The position numbers were made by a program, and so were the translations under genes. A DNA stretch of 64,000 nt, from contig NC_057720.1 of assembly GCF_004010195.1 (NCBI RefSeq), positions 25,216,282-25,280,281 of the forward strand, read 5' to 3'. Shown here piece by piece: positions 25,670 through 38,800 of this stretch; positions within the stretch are counted from its first letter, which is position 1; every line of letters starts with the position of its first letter. Origin of the DNA: Chiloscyllium plagiosum. Taxonomy: Eukaryota. Under the pieces are notes generated by a model. That model searched no databases. It was given only the letters and a program-made list of their open reading frames with translations, and had not been told where the DNA came from.

Positions 25670-26408
25670 GTTCAAGGTTTGCGTAAAGATTTGTAGCTCA
25701 GGTGTCATCTGTCAGCTCATCTAACATACAAACATAAGAAGAGGAAGACCTATACAGAGTCTTTGCTAAGAACGGATATCCCCACAACTTCATCCGCAGG
25801 TGCCTAACACTCAGAGGAACGCTTTGAGGACATGCCATGACCTAACTCAGTAGCCACGCTACCTTATATAAAAAATGTCTTAGAACTGACAGCTCGACTT
25901 CTCCAACCACTCAGATTCATGACAGCTCATAAACTGACAGCCAGGCTCAGACAACTCACCAGAACAAAAGAGCCTATACCCATCATGGGCAAGACAAACA
26001 TAATTTACAAGCAAAGACTGCTAGAAACCCTATATAGGACAAACAGACAAACAACTAGAATCCACAGCCACTAAATGCCATGACCAGCTATCCCTAGTAG
26101 CTACACAGACAGATGACAAGGACCACAAATTCGACTGGGACAACACAATGATCATTGGACAAGCTAAACAGAGGACAGCCAGAGAATTTATAGAAGCATA
26201 GCCCTCATCCACGGACTCCAACAACAAAAACATCAACCTAAACCCATCGGCCACTACAGCAAGCAACCTGAAGGCTGCAGGAACGGAATTAAGTAAATTC
26301 CAGAAGCGCTTCACCGGAGGCTCCAAAGCCCTGAAGTGTCACTTGGACAGGGACCAAAACATCTGCAAATCAACTTCCCAGTTCGGTGAACATAGCCACA
26401 AGTGTGAC
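25670..26408 (+). mobile_element. Penelope-like retroelement, 5'-truncated (thumb/linker, GIY-YIG endonuclease, pLTR)
   Basis: Reads EEEDLYRVFAKNGYPHNFIRRCL, ATLPYIKNV, KTNIIYK, YIGQT; TSD AGCTTGTATGGC at 25658-25669 and 26409-26420. Confidence 0.85.
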
Positions 26409-26734
26409 AGCTTGTATGGCATTGTCATCAATATTTAAAAGTAGGTGTTCAACTTTTCTGACATATGGATGAACAAATCAAATGAAATATCCGACAAAGT
26501 TACTTAACAACTCTTAAAATGTTAATTTGCTCACAGTCAGTTGTTTCAGGCATCAATGCAATCTTTAAAATAACTTTGTTCCTGTAGTTGATTCCAAGAT
26601 ATTTTGTGAATCATCAGTTTCGTTCTTACATTTGGATTTCTTAAATCACAATTTAGTGACCTAAATGTTTCCGTATTATTAAGATTCCATGGCACAGGAT
26701 ATACATAAAAGGCTGGAAATTCTTTTGCCACTTT

Positions 26735-27170
26735 TCACCAGTGCCTGATGCTTGGGTTTGGGATATCTCATCTGGGCTGCAGACGAACTTGGTGTAGGAG
26801 GGTAAAGATCTAGTGGTTGTGGTCCACATAGGTCCCAATGATATAGATAAAACTAGGGCAGAGATTCTGCTAAGGGAGTATGAACAGCTAGGAGCTAAAT
26901 TTAAAAGCAGAACCAAAAAGGTAATAATCTCTAGATTACTACCTGATACATGAGCTAATTGGCACAGCTTCAATAAGCTTAAGCAGATAAATGCGTAGCT
27001 CACAGATTAGTGTGGGAGAAATATGGTTGAACTCATGGAAAATTGGCACCAGTACTGGGGAAGAAAGGAACTGTTCCGATGGGACAGTCTTCAGCTGAAT
27101 CGTGCTGGGACCAGAATTCTAGCGATTCACATAACTAGGGCTGCAGACAGAGCTTTAAACTAAATTGTCG
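26735..27170 (+). mobile_element. CR1 LINE ORF1 fragment (esterase/SGNH-like domain)
   Basis: DLVVVVHIGPNDI...LLREYEQLGAKFKSRTKKVIISRLLP, typical of vertebrate CR1 ORF1. Confidence 0.75.
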
Positions 27171-27234
27171 GAGTGAGAGTGGGGTTGTGGGGTTGATATT
27201 CAGTTAGAGAGGAAATTAGGAGAGGTTATTAGAG

Positions 27235-28046
27235 TGGCCAAAGAGTGACAGATGGAGTATGCTGCCAGGAATTGTGAGTCATGCGCTTTGATCGGAACAA
27301 ACAGAGGCATGGACTATTTTCTAAATGGGGAGAAAATTCAGAGTCTTGAAGTACAAAGAGACTTGGAAATTGTAGTCCAGGATTCTCTCAAGTTAAACTT
27401 GCAGATGGAGTCATTAGTTAAGAAGACACATGCAATGATGGCATTTATTTTCAGAGGACTTGATTATTAAAAAAAAAAAGATGTACATCTGAGGCACTAC
27501 AAGGCTCTGGTCAAACCACATTTGGAGTACTGTGCATGGTTTTGGTCCCCATTTCTCAGGAAGGATGTACTGGGCCTAGAGCAGGTTCACGAAAATGGTT
27601 CCTGGAACCAAAAGCTTAACATGTGAGGAACGTTTGAGGACTCTGGGTCTATACTCCATGGCATTTAGAAGGATGAGCAAGGATCTGATTGAAACTTACA
27701 GAATACTGAATGGCCTGGATATAATGGTTGTTGGGAAGATGTTTCCATTGGTAGCAGAGACTAGGATCCAAAGGCATAGCCTTAGAGTAAAGGGAAGACT
27801 TTTTAGAACAGACATAAGGGAAAACTGTTTCATTCAGAGAGTGGTGAAACTATGGAATTCATCGCCACAGAAGGCTGTGGAGGCCAGGTCATTGAGATAG
27901 GTAGGTTCTTGAGTATCAAGGGGATGAAGAGTTGAGGGAAGAAAGTGGGAGAATTGGGTTGAGAAATTTATCAGCTATGATTGAATGCTAGAGCAGGCCT
28001 GATGGGTTGAATGACACAATTTCTGTTCCTATGTCTTATGGCCTTG
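27235..28046 (+). mobile_element. CR1 LINE 3' fragment
   Basis: ORFs 27252 and 27595: QRDLEIVVQDSLK, EERLRTLGLYS, RVVKLWNS; tail ttcctatgtcttatgg. Confidence 0.88.
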
Positions 28047-28059
28047 TGATTATGTTCTG

Positions 28060-28425
28060 GCACTAGCAATTGAGAGGCCTGGCCTAATAATCCAGGGACA
28101 AGAGTTCAAATACTGTCATGGCAGCTGGGAAACTTGAATTCCATGAAATAAATTAATATCTCTACTGGTGATTGTGAAGTTATTTGATTATCATAACATT
28201 TGAATCGCTAATGTTGTTTAAGACAGGAAATCTACAGCTTTGCCATGTGCAAGATGTAAGACCCTTAGCTTATGGTTGGCTTTTAACTGCTCTCTGAAAT
28301 GACTTAAGAAGCCTAACAGCGATGTTCAACCAGGTAGCTTATTTGTCCTGAAAAAGGCAGGCATAAGATGGGCAATAAATGCTGGTCTTGCCAGAACAGC
28401 CCATATTTCCATTATGAATTTACAA
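28060..28425 (+). mobile_element. Older family-B SINE
   Basis: TAATCCAG..GAGTTCAAAT head, TTAACTGCTCTCTGAAATG body, GATGGGCAATAAATGCTGGTCTTGCCAG tail. Confidence 0.7.
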
Positions 28426-30532
28426 TAAATATGCAGATTAATGGAAAAACTGACTCTAATTGAGGCATTTGCAACATTTCAGTAGAACACAATCACTTAA
28501 AAATGAAATGGAATGAAAATAGATTCTTGCATGACTAACTTTTATTATAGCTCAGGTAATAAGACATTGTTAAATGTCATATTACATGGCATGTTCATTG
28601 TTAAATTTAGTGACAGTTGGTTTCAGTTTTTATTTCTAATTGAAGGATGCCAAAGAAATGAGCAAGTCTCAGAGATGCACTGCCTGAAACAGTTATGCAC
28701 CAACTATATTTGCAGGCTCCCTGTCAGTGGAGTGTCATTTGCTAAAATATGCCACCTGCTGCATGGGCATCAATAGTTATCCTGCACTGTAGGGATTGCA
28801 CTGCCAATGACAATCTGGATCTTATTTTTATTTTTTCAAGGCACCGCGGGTGTCTCTGTCTGGGCTAGCATTTATTTCCTACCTATAATACTAATGCTGG
28901 TAAATGTCAAAGGAATGGTTAGGTTTTTTTCTTGCTGGAGATTGTCATTCCCTGGCACTTGTGTGGCACCAGTGTTACTTATCAATTATCAGCACAAGCC
29001 TAGATATTATCCATGTCTTGCTATCAAGGAAAATGAAGGGTTGATGAGGATTGTTTTGATATTTGTAGAGTTGTGAATAGTGCTGGTTCTCTCCTCCCTT
29101 CAGCTTCTAAGTTAGCCGAAGTTGGACTGTGGTATTATAATGTGTGCTGCCAGGATATGCATCCTATAGTTGTCCAAAACAGCAGAAAACAAATCCGTGT
29201 TCATCTCCTTTCCTGGTGTATAGCTGATATCCTCAATTGCTGCACAATGTATCGTGTAACAAACCTTATGCGACTTTAGCCAGCATGTTCTAGGATGTTG
29301 CTGGTGGCTCGACTACTTTCAAACTTTGTTGAAAGAGGTGTGGGGTGCTATGAAGTACATCGTGTTTGAGCTTGTGCCTTATCCAACTAATAACTTAAGA
29401 AAATCATTTTCTACACTCAATTGTTCTCAACTTCAGCTTCTTTAAAAGATGCTTGCTTTGGAACATAGTGCATGTAATATTTATATCATACTATGGATGC
29501 CAGTGTGTTGATGTGTGACACCATAGAGAGACATTGGAATTAAATAGCATTCAAGTGAGTTTGAGGAGCCTGTGTTCTTGCCCTTAAATATAGGTAATTA
29601 TTAAGTATTCAGTATGGTCGCTTCAAAACATTAAGTGCTGAGAAGCTCTGAGCTTTTCTTGAATTCCTATCTGTTCCCCAGATTATGTAATGTCGTCATA
29701 AAATTATCATGAAAGCAAAAGTCTTGACTGATGCAAACATTATTTACCTTATGTAATTTCTCTTAAGTACATTTGCGTCTAAAACTTTGACATTTGGTAT
29801 GAGTGAAAGAGAGTAAAATGATCCCATATAACATGGAGATAGCATTTAAATTTCAGTTTTTAATGTGTTAATGAGACCTTGAGTAAAATTCAGCTGAAAG
29901 TTTGCCTTGCTTAGAAAAACCATGCAGCTGTTTTCTTGTCCCCAAGTGACCAAAAAATGTGTTTTGGTTTTAAAGTATGCTTCAATTTATTTTTGCATTG
30001 TTGTGTGGGTACTTATTACTACTGACAAATCTTTGATTTTGATAATGAGCATGTGATCATTCATCACTTAACGCTAATAGGGTTAAAAGCCCATCTTCTA
30101 GAAACCCTCCAAAATAAGCCTCAAGGTAGTACAACTGAGACACACAAACAGCAACAAAACCATTTTTAATGGTTAATGTTAGTATAGATTTGGTATTGTC
30201 TTTATAAGTTACTGTGTGAATTGTGCTTCACAGTATCTTCATTTGACATGAGTTTTTGAGCTACCTGAATTTTCAGATATATTTATGATCATTATCCCAT
30301 CTTAGTTGCTGAACTAAATGATCCATTTTGCAATTGGAGAAAAATGCATTTTTTGTGGAAGGACAGAACTGTGTCTGTCACCAAAAAGCACTTTGCAATA
30401 TTATCTCTGTAATTTTTATCTGTACCTTGTAAAGGTGGTCCCCCACTGGTACCAAGCCTTAGGCACTGGGTGAAAGGTTATAATATTCACAGAAACTGAA
30501 TTATTTGATGTGTGTGTGAAAATCTGTTTTAG

Positions 30533-30616
30533 AGCACGGATGGCTCCTGTGTAATGATCTACCATCTTCAAAGGGCTCTGCCAGGTGGAATTGTACTTAT
30601 GGAGCTTGCTTTCCAG
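30533..30616 (+). CDS. SZT2: SZT2 exon, 84 nt (STDGSCVMIYHLQRALPGGIVLMELAFQ)
   Basis: gttttag| acceptor, CAG|GTAAGG donor, phase 0/0; YHLQRALPGGI.LMELAFQ motif. Confidence 0.95.
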
Positions 30617-32136
30617 GTAAGGACAAGATACAGTATTTGTAAAGATATCAGATATCTTTAATACAGCGGCAAAAGTTTACTTTGTGCAGGAGGAATGTAA
30701 TTACATTGTTACAGAAGCAAAACATAAATATTGGTGAATGAGAATGTACAAGTAAACACAAAAAAAACTATGAAAAAATCTTAGCCTGTTTGTTGAATAA
30801 TACCTGACCATGTGACTTGTGAGTGAGTACAAAGTCAAATATATAACCTCAGAACAAATGGATCATTTTCCACATTCAGTCAATCTGAGATGATTCATTA
30901 CTTTTCCTTGGCTGTGGGACAAGGCTGCTTAGAAGTTTCTCATGTTGATTATGTAGACAGCTTGCATTACAATTCAGTTTGTGAACACCACTTTGCCTTG
31001 TACTTGGTGACATTTTGATGCAAATTTTAATTGTGCTGAAACAGTTGTCAGAAAGAGAAAGTCATAGTCAGAAATGTTCCCCTAAGACACTAGACCATTT
31101 CTATTTCAATGACTGTACCAGAATTAATTGTCAGACTGTGGTTGTGGTGTTGACTGTTTTTTCAACATCCAGTCATCATTGAATGGTAATGTCCTAGAAT
31201 CAAAGACAGGAAAACCAAAGGCTTTGGTGCCTGCCACATTCTCTCTTCCCTACACAGAAAAAGGCCCTTTGACACACTGTCTGCTCCAAACAAAACAACG
31301 ACTTGACTATTCCAATCCCGTTTTCCAGCACCTGACCTGCAGCCCTATATGCCTTGACATCGCAAATGTACATAATGTGAGTATTTCTTTCTCCATCAAC
31401 CTTACAGACACCTTCTGGGTGAAATACTCTTTCCTCACATTCCTGCTCAATCTCCTGCCCCTTACCTTAAGTCCATCCATTGCATTCAGGTCCCAGAATA
31501 AATTAGACTGTTCACAACATCTGTTTAAAATTCTTTGTTTTTTAAACCATACAAACCATTACTTCCACCTTGTCAACAATACCTGTTTCTGATCCTATTT
31601 TTGCCTACTATTGAAACTTTTATACATTCTTTTCAGGCTTAACTACTCCAAAGCTCTCCTTGTTTAGTTTTCTGTACCTTCCATAAATTTTCATTGATGT
31701 AAAACTCAACCATATGTTCCATTCACCCATGTTTCCTATTCTCTCTGAACTATTGCATTTTTGATTCCATTCTGGTGGATTAATTTGAAACTCTTGGTCA
31801 CAATTTCTGGTGACCCCCTGCAACATTCCTACTATAAATCTGAAAGAAAGTACAGGAGAATGCCCAGAAATTAGCCCAAGATGCAGGCATGCTACTGGCC
31901 TACTCTGCCAATTTTAATAGAATTTCGTTTTGAGATCAAACAACAATCTGCTGCTTGCCGGCATCCTTAAATAAAGGGTGTATCTGGCTTTATCAGCGGC
32001 AGACATAGGATCCCTAAAATAAAATGGGTTTTATGGACTCATCCATTCTCTGTACCATTGGATCAACGATGGCCTATCAGGAAAAGTTTAAATGTTAACC
32101 ATATGACTCCAAGTTGTTGTAAGTTTCATTGCAAAA

Positions 32137-32267
32137 TACAGAACAATGTCAGTTATCTGAATTTCGGATTATCCGAACAAGATCTCAAGGTCCCATAAAA
32201 ACGTTATCCATTATCCGAACAAAATATTCCCCGTCCATTTTGTTTGAATAATTAAAGTTATTCTGCA
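32137..32267. mobile_element. Tigger/pogo-like MITE
   Basis: TA-CAGAACAAT...ATTCTG terminal inverted repeats; internal TTATCCGAAC repeats. Confidence 0.55.
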
Positions 32268-32291
32268 CACTCTAGGCATACTTCCAGATCT

Positions 32292-32606
32292 GGGCGGCAC
32301 GGTGGCACAGTGGTTAGCACTGCTGCCTCACAGCGCCAGAGACCTGGGTTCAATTCCCGCCTCAGGCGACTGACTGTGTGGAGTTTGCACATTCTCCCCG
32401 TGTCTGCGTGGGTTTCCTCTGGGTGCTCCGGTTTCCTCCCACAGTCCAAAAATGTGCAAGTTAGGTGAATTGGCCATGCTAAATTGCCTGTAGTGTTAGG
32501 TAAGGGGTAAATGTAGGGGTATGGGTGGGTTGCGCTTCGGCGGGGCGGTGTGGACTTGTTGGGCCGAAGGGCCTGTTTCCACACTGTAAGTAATCTAATC
32601 TAATCT
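32292..32606 (+). mobile_element. Full-length young HE1-type V-SINE
   Basis: GGGCGGCACGGTGGCACAGTGGTTAGCAC head with intact A and B boxes, V domain, (TAATC)n tail. Confidence 0.93.
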
Positions 32607-33682
32607 CTGAAATTGACATCGAAATAATTTTGCTTAATGTGAGTCTTTTTCATTGAATCGTGAGCAAAAAAAAACACAGTTATAAAGCTGGTTCTCTATC
32701 TTCCAGTCTCTTTTGAGAACAGAAAGGTGAAAAGTATCTGTATAGCCATAAAGAAGTTAATTCAGTATAAATTGATGTCACCCAGGTTATAAACTCTAGA
32801 GTTTATTTGTATGGAAGTTAATGTTGTTATGTAAGTGTTATTTGCAAACAAATGAATTCTGTGAAGAAAACCCTTGTTGCTGTGATACAATGATTCTCTG
32901 CAATCTCAATACAGCAGTCTGTGTGACACAGTACACATTCTGGAATATCAATGCCGCAGTTAGTATGAAACTGTGACCTTCTGGAATCACAATACTGCAG
33001 TCAGCATGTCACATGACATTCAGATCTCTGGGCATCAATTTGTATTCCCTGATAAGATAGCATATTTCGCTGGTATTTGAAACAATGCACTGGTATCAGA
33101 TATATCTGAAACGTTTTGTGTAAATTATCTGTTTGCTTGTTGCCCTGTACAAAAAGGTATAATTGTGTGATTAACTGTCGTCACTAGATGGCATTAATGC
33201 CATTCTTTATTCAATTGCCTACTAGAGTATTGGTTATTAAGAAACTAGAATATCTGCAGCAAGGTGTGCATTGAATATTTTGTAATTGACAATTGGAATC
33301 ATGCTACAGCCCGAGAAACTATTTTCCATAAGCTGAGAGAACTCACTCACTTTTAGGGTTACGATGACTTCTTTTATGAAAGACTCAGATGGTAATTGAA
33401 AATATTTTGTAGTTTTGTGAAACAGTTATACTTAGGCTGAATTGGTTACCTTTTCATTGAATTGTAGGATTTTATTCATTATAAGGGGTCAAAGGAGCTT
33501 TTTGTAACAGGTTAAAAGTGGTTTTCTGGCTTCCATTCGTTGCCACTGTCTAAAACACGAAAGAGTGACTTGCAACGAAATAGCATGTATCTGCAATTTC
33601 AGAGAATGAAGTAGAATTTTATTCACAACAAAAGAGGAAAACATACACATTAATTTATGTCTTTTCTTTTACCCCAATCCAG

Positions 33683-33757
33683 GGCTGTTACTTCTGTGTG
33701 AAACAATATGCCCTTGAATGCTCCCGGATTCCAATGGGACAGTCTGTCAATTCTCAG
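33683..33757 (+). CDS. SZT2: SZT2 exon, 75 nt ([25 protein letters not shown])
   Basis: aatccag| acceptor, CAG|GTAACT donor, phase 0/0; near-identical to the remembered human [25 protein letters not shown]. Confidence 0.96.
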
Positions 33758-36589
33758 GTAACTTTAAGTATGTTAGAGAAATATGAGATATTTACACATT
33801 GGGCATGCTTGGTATTAAAGACAGATGACTGACCCTAAAATAACAACATTTTACAAATCAATGCTACACAGCATAACTCTGAACAGATGACAGCCTTAAA
33901 ACCAAAGCACAATTTAATTTTTTTTGTGAAAAATGTAAAGGCTGCAGCTTCTTAATTCATTCATTTTAACAGAACAATGTAACAAGACATTGCTTAATTC
34001 AAAGATATTAATGTTACTGAACTAAATGAATGGAAGTGGGCAGGTTCATGAGTGGGCTCCTTTCATTTTAAAGGATTCAAACTAAATTATGGAGTGGCCT
34101 ACCCTAGGAATGAATATGATATTGGTGTGATTAAAAGTGGAACAACCAGTTAGAACAATACTTCAGAAACGGGAAAAGTCCATTCATCCTGCTCACTATT
34201 CCTTCTTCCCTAGCCAAGGAACTAAATAATATTTTAAATAATAAATTGCAAACAAGTAGGCATCAGTTTTACTGTACCTTCCTTTCTATATTAATAGATC
34301 ATTCCAGACTCAAGCAGGATTTATATGAAACATTTTTTCCATAGCATTTTTGACACCTTAATAATTCACATTGAATTTTGCCACTTAGTGCCAGCAGCTC
34401 CCTTACTAAAGCCAGAAGTCACAAGACACCAACAGCTTTATTTAAAATATCTTGGACTATAATCTGGTGTCGTGTGACTTCTAACTTTATTCACCCCAGT
34501 CCAACACTGGCACCTCCATATCCCTTCATAAAGTTATGTATCTAGATCAGTCTCATTAGATCCCTTAGTTTGTATCTCACCAGATGTTGAGAATATGTTG
34601 TGTAGATTCAATTTTTCTGATGGTTCTGAATAATTCATTTTTAAATTTGTGTTGTGCAGTATCTGTTTAAAATGACACTTGTGTTATTTGCTTGATTTTT
34701 AAGAATGACTCAAGTGATCTTTCTGTATATTTGTAAATAATTTGTAATCTCTTCTCAGTCTTTATGTTTATTTGTTCACAACATTTGGTTAAGGCATTGC
34801 CACTTAATGAATTAGATTCAACAGAACACTGTCCTTGGATAATCAAATTTTAATTTTGCACAATCATAAACAGTAAAACAAAAACTGAATCTCCTTCAAT
34901 CCTTAAGTTGTCGAAATGGAAAGTCTGAAGCATTATGACAGATCTGGCCCATGACCTCTGTCAAGCAACCATGCCTCTAGGGGAATTGTCTTAATGGCTT
35001 TCTATATACTGAACTGAAATAGCTTCAAATTCATGTTGTAGGGCGTTAGTTGGATTGCCATCATCTCTCCTGTGTAACTGTCCTTGTGTATGAGAAAAAT
35101 GGAATGGCGCACCAAATTCTCCCATTTAACATCTTGGCTCCCTCTTCAAAACCCAATCAACCTCTTATTTTCTGAAGGCTGCCTTGATATTCATTCCTAG
35201 GGCAGGCCACTCCATAATTTAATTTGAATCCTTTAAAATGAAAGGAACCCTTGTGCAACTGGACCTTGCCCCTGATAAGGTGTGCCTGTCATATTACATA
35301 CCTTATAGGCTGTTAGAACAGAAACTTTAACGATTTCTGATGACATTAGTGCGAGCACAAAACCTCTTTGAACTTGCCATTGGTTTAATTTGGTTTTGGT
35401 TTGTAACGATCTTCTGCAGTTTGTTGCTTCCCTTGGTTAACAAAATTATTTAAAACTGTATATTGTAAATTGCTAATTGATTTGTAGCTGAAATTATGGA
35501 ACAAAACTATCTGGAGAAGGCAATTCATCTTTATAAAGGAAACATTTGTCATCAGGCAGATGAATAATAATAAAGATTTCACTACAAATACTTTACAACA
35601 TGTTTCCGAAACTTTACACTAATTAGCTTGTTCTCAACATCAGGGACAACCAAGATTGATTCCATAAAGCAATTAATTAGGCAATAAGTTCCCACTACCT
35701 CAAGAGTCTTTTATTCAAAATCATTGTAATGCCATCCAATGTTAGGCTAGGATCCGAGATGGTTTTGATTTAATGACAGATTTAATTCCCTGTTTCCAGA
35801 AACAAAGGGTGCTGTTGAGTGGAAAAGCATGGGGTTTAGAGCCCATTATCCTCTTGACTCTTTCACAACCCCCCCCCCCCCCGATAAGGGTGGGCTGGGC
35901 CAAAATTCACAAATGGCCTGACTCCTACACCCAGGCTCGGTTATTGTCCTTTTCTAAGTGAATACCATTGTGTTGCTCGATGAACTATAGCAGCAGTAGG
36001 GACTTCCTTATCACCACAAACCCCAACCAAACCTTTCCGCACCACACTGACCAACTTTCCCCACCCACCCTCACTGCAGCCTGCCAAGCGACTGCACCAA
36101 CATCTCACTTAAGTTAATGTTTTTGAATGGTTCACTCAGACTAACTTGCAATTAGTTTCCAGTAGTATTTCCTACAGGGTGTCAGATATCCTATCTTGGT
36201 ATTCTGGCAATTGAAGGAAAAGGGAGTCCCATAGATACAAACTGTCCCTGAAATAAAGCCAGCCTTTCATGTACATAAACAAATCTAAGTGGGAAGACCT
36301 TTTTTAAACAAAAGACATACCATTTCTTAGTTTGACTTTTTCTAAAGCAGCTGCTATTGATGTTTTCAGTATTGGAAAATGTGATTTGAAAAGAAACAGT
36401 GCTGTGTTAATTTAAAGTCTGGATGAAAATCAAGTTTGGTGACCCTTCAATTACTAGACTGCTCTCATGATGTTTTATGATTAATTCTGGCCTGTGGCAA
36501 TGCCTCACTTAAATGTACTGTACCTAGAATAGAAACTGCATGTGTGTCTGTTTAGTGCCATATCCATCTCCATTCCTGTCTCCCATTAG

Positions 36590-36655
36590 GGCTCTCTAGT
36601 GTCCAAAGCTCGCATCAAGTGCCTTGCCGAAGTGAGTTCGGTCTCAGAGTCAGCG
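36590..36655 (+). CDS. SZT2: Candidate alternative cassette exon of SZT2 (GSLVSKARIKCLAE[VSSVSESA]); 42-nt or 66-nt form
   Basis: Pyrimidine tract plus cattag| acceptor; two donors, GAA|GTGAGT (36631) and GCG|GTATGT (36655), both phase 0 and stop-free; CpGs retained. Confidence 0.5.
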
Positions 36656-37654
36656 GTATGTCCCAAGCTCCAGAGGCCTTACTCTCATACACTTCTTCTC
36701 CTTCCCGACTGCACACTGACTCACTTTCTGCTAATTTTGCTGGTTCTCTTATTTTTTTGCCTTCACTCTGTGGCTCAGAGTATTAGTCATTCTGAGGGAA
36801 CGGTTTAGGTGTTGCTTATACTATGCTCTTTTCAATTCCTGGACATTCACTTTGTGTTGCACTGTTAAGCTATAACTTGCAGCTGTGATTTGATTAAGTA
36901 TTGAAAAAATGGGAAGTATCCTTGCCCATTATTGCCTCCCTCTTTCATTTATTCAGCCTACAAACATCAAATTAAAATTGCTGTCCTCCCATTTAAGGGC
37001 CAAACAATAACCCTTTGAGAAATGGTAGCTGCAGTGCCTTTCAATTAAGTGATCATCCTTTTTCTACTGTTCATTAAAGGCCATATTATACCTTGAGACT
37101 TTTACTAACCACAATTTTGACTGACTTTTCTACACAACTTGCGTAGACATAGTGCTTTTAATGTCAAAAAACTGTACAGAATTACTTCACAAATTCATGG
37201 CTATTGGAGGGTGAAATAGGTGGGTTAAAAGAGAAAGCGGTTAGATGATTTATGTAGAAAATTCAAGAGAAAAGGGCCTAGAAGACTGAAAGCAGTATTG
37301 CCAATGTTGGGACAAGCAGAGGGAAGGATGTGTAAGAGGCTCGAGTCAGAGAAATGTGGGGATATATCATGATAGAAGGTTAGAAACATGGTGAGGGGAA
37401 TGATTATGATGGACTTAAATAGGAGGGGTGAGAAGAAATATATTGATGGATGACAAGTGGGTGAGGTTAGAATAGCAAAACTAGTGTTTTAGAATACCTG
37501 AATTTTATTGAGCATGTAAGATAGAAGCTGCAGAGAGAGCATTGGGCTTATCAAGGGAAATGGTAAGATATTGGTAATATCACTGGACTAATAATCCAGA
37601 GGTTCAGGGTAGTGTTTTGAGTGCATGAATTCAAATCCCACCACAACAATTGGG

Positions 37655-38800
37655 TATCGCTAGCTAGTCCAGCATTAGTTACTCATCTCGGGTTGCCTTT
37701 AGAAAGTGGTAGTGAGCTGCTGCCTTGAACAGCTGTAGTCCATGTTGTGTATGTAAACCGTCAGTGCTGTTGCTAAGAGAGATCCAAGATTTCAGCAACC
37801 CAGTAATGAACATTCCAAGGAAGAATTGTTTGGAAGGGAACTTGCAGGTGGTAGAGTTCCCATGCATCTGTTGCATTTGCCCTTCTACATGCTAAGGGTT
37901 GTGGATTCAAAAGGTGTTGTCGAAGGACTCTTGGTGACTTCTTGCATTGCATCTTCTGGATAGTACACACTGTTGTTCACTGTGTAAATTCAGCAGCTAC
38001 TTTGTCCTGAATGCTGTCAAACTTGAAATATAGAGAGCAGGAGCTGGCCATTCGGCCCTTTGAGTCTGCTCTTCCAAGTATTGTTATCATGGCCAAATGT
38101 CCAAATCAATAGTCTGTTTCCCTTTTTCTCCCATACCTTATGATCCCTCGAGCCCAAGTGCTATATCCATCTCCTCCTTGAAATCATACAATGTTTTGGC
38201 CTTGGCTGCTTTGAGTGTTGTCTGAACGTCCCACATCCAGGCAAGTGGAGAGTATGCCATCACACTCCTGACTCATGCCCTGTAGATGGTAGACAGCTTT
38301 TGGGAAAATCAGGAGATATGTTACATTATGGATGGCTCAGTGATTAGCACTGCTGCCTCACAGTGCCAGGGGACCTAAGTTTGATTCCAGCCTCAGGCGA
38401 CTGTGCAAACTCCACACAGACATTCTCCTCATGTCTGTGTGGGTTTCCTCTGGCTGCCTGGTTTCCTCCAACAGTCTAAAGATGTGCAGGTTAGGTGAAT
38501 TGGCCATGCTAAATTGCCCATAGTATTAAGGGTGTATAGGTTAAGTGCATTAGTCAGAGGAAATGTAAAGTAAGTAGAGTAGGGGAATGGGTCTGGGTGA
38601 GATCCTCTTCGGAGGGTCGGTGTGGACTTGTTGGGCCAAATGGCCTGTTTCCACACTGTAGGGGTTCCATGATTCTATGGTTCATTATAGAATCCGCTGA
38701 CCTGCTCTTATAGCCATAGTATGTAAATACTGGTCTAGTGCCATTTCTGGTTAATGGTAACTTCCAGGATTTTGATGGTGGAGATTGTGATACCAAGGGG
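37655..38800 (-). mobile_element. Family-B LINE 3' part, interrupted by a CR1 tail (about 38030-38215) and a V-SINE
   Basis: Reverse complement of 45250-45560-type sequence; pieces resume at about 38215-38325 and 38690-38800. Confidence 0.7.
38329..38680 (+). mobile_element. HE1-type V-SINE
   Basis: TGGCTCAGTGATTAGCACTGCTGCCTCACAG head, V domain, GGCCTGTTTCCACACTGTAGGG tail. Confidence 0.88.

Noticed and set aside
31128..31592. 154-aa ORF
   Set aside because: Non-ATG start, no splice fit, and partly a decayed minus-strand CR1 tail.
32292..32362. tRNA-like sequences with A and B boxes (also about 8615-8670, 24263, 49891)
   Set aside because: They are SINE or LINE heads continuing into repeat bodies, not tRNA genes.
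32258..32584. Recurring ORFs MWKQALRPNKST.../GNLAWPIHLTCT...CGRKPEHPEETHAD that look like a gene family
   Set aside because: Antisense translations of V-SINE copies.
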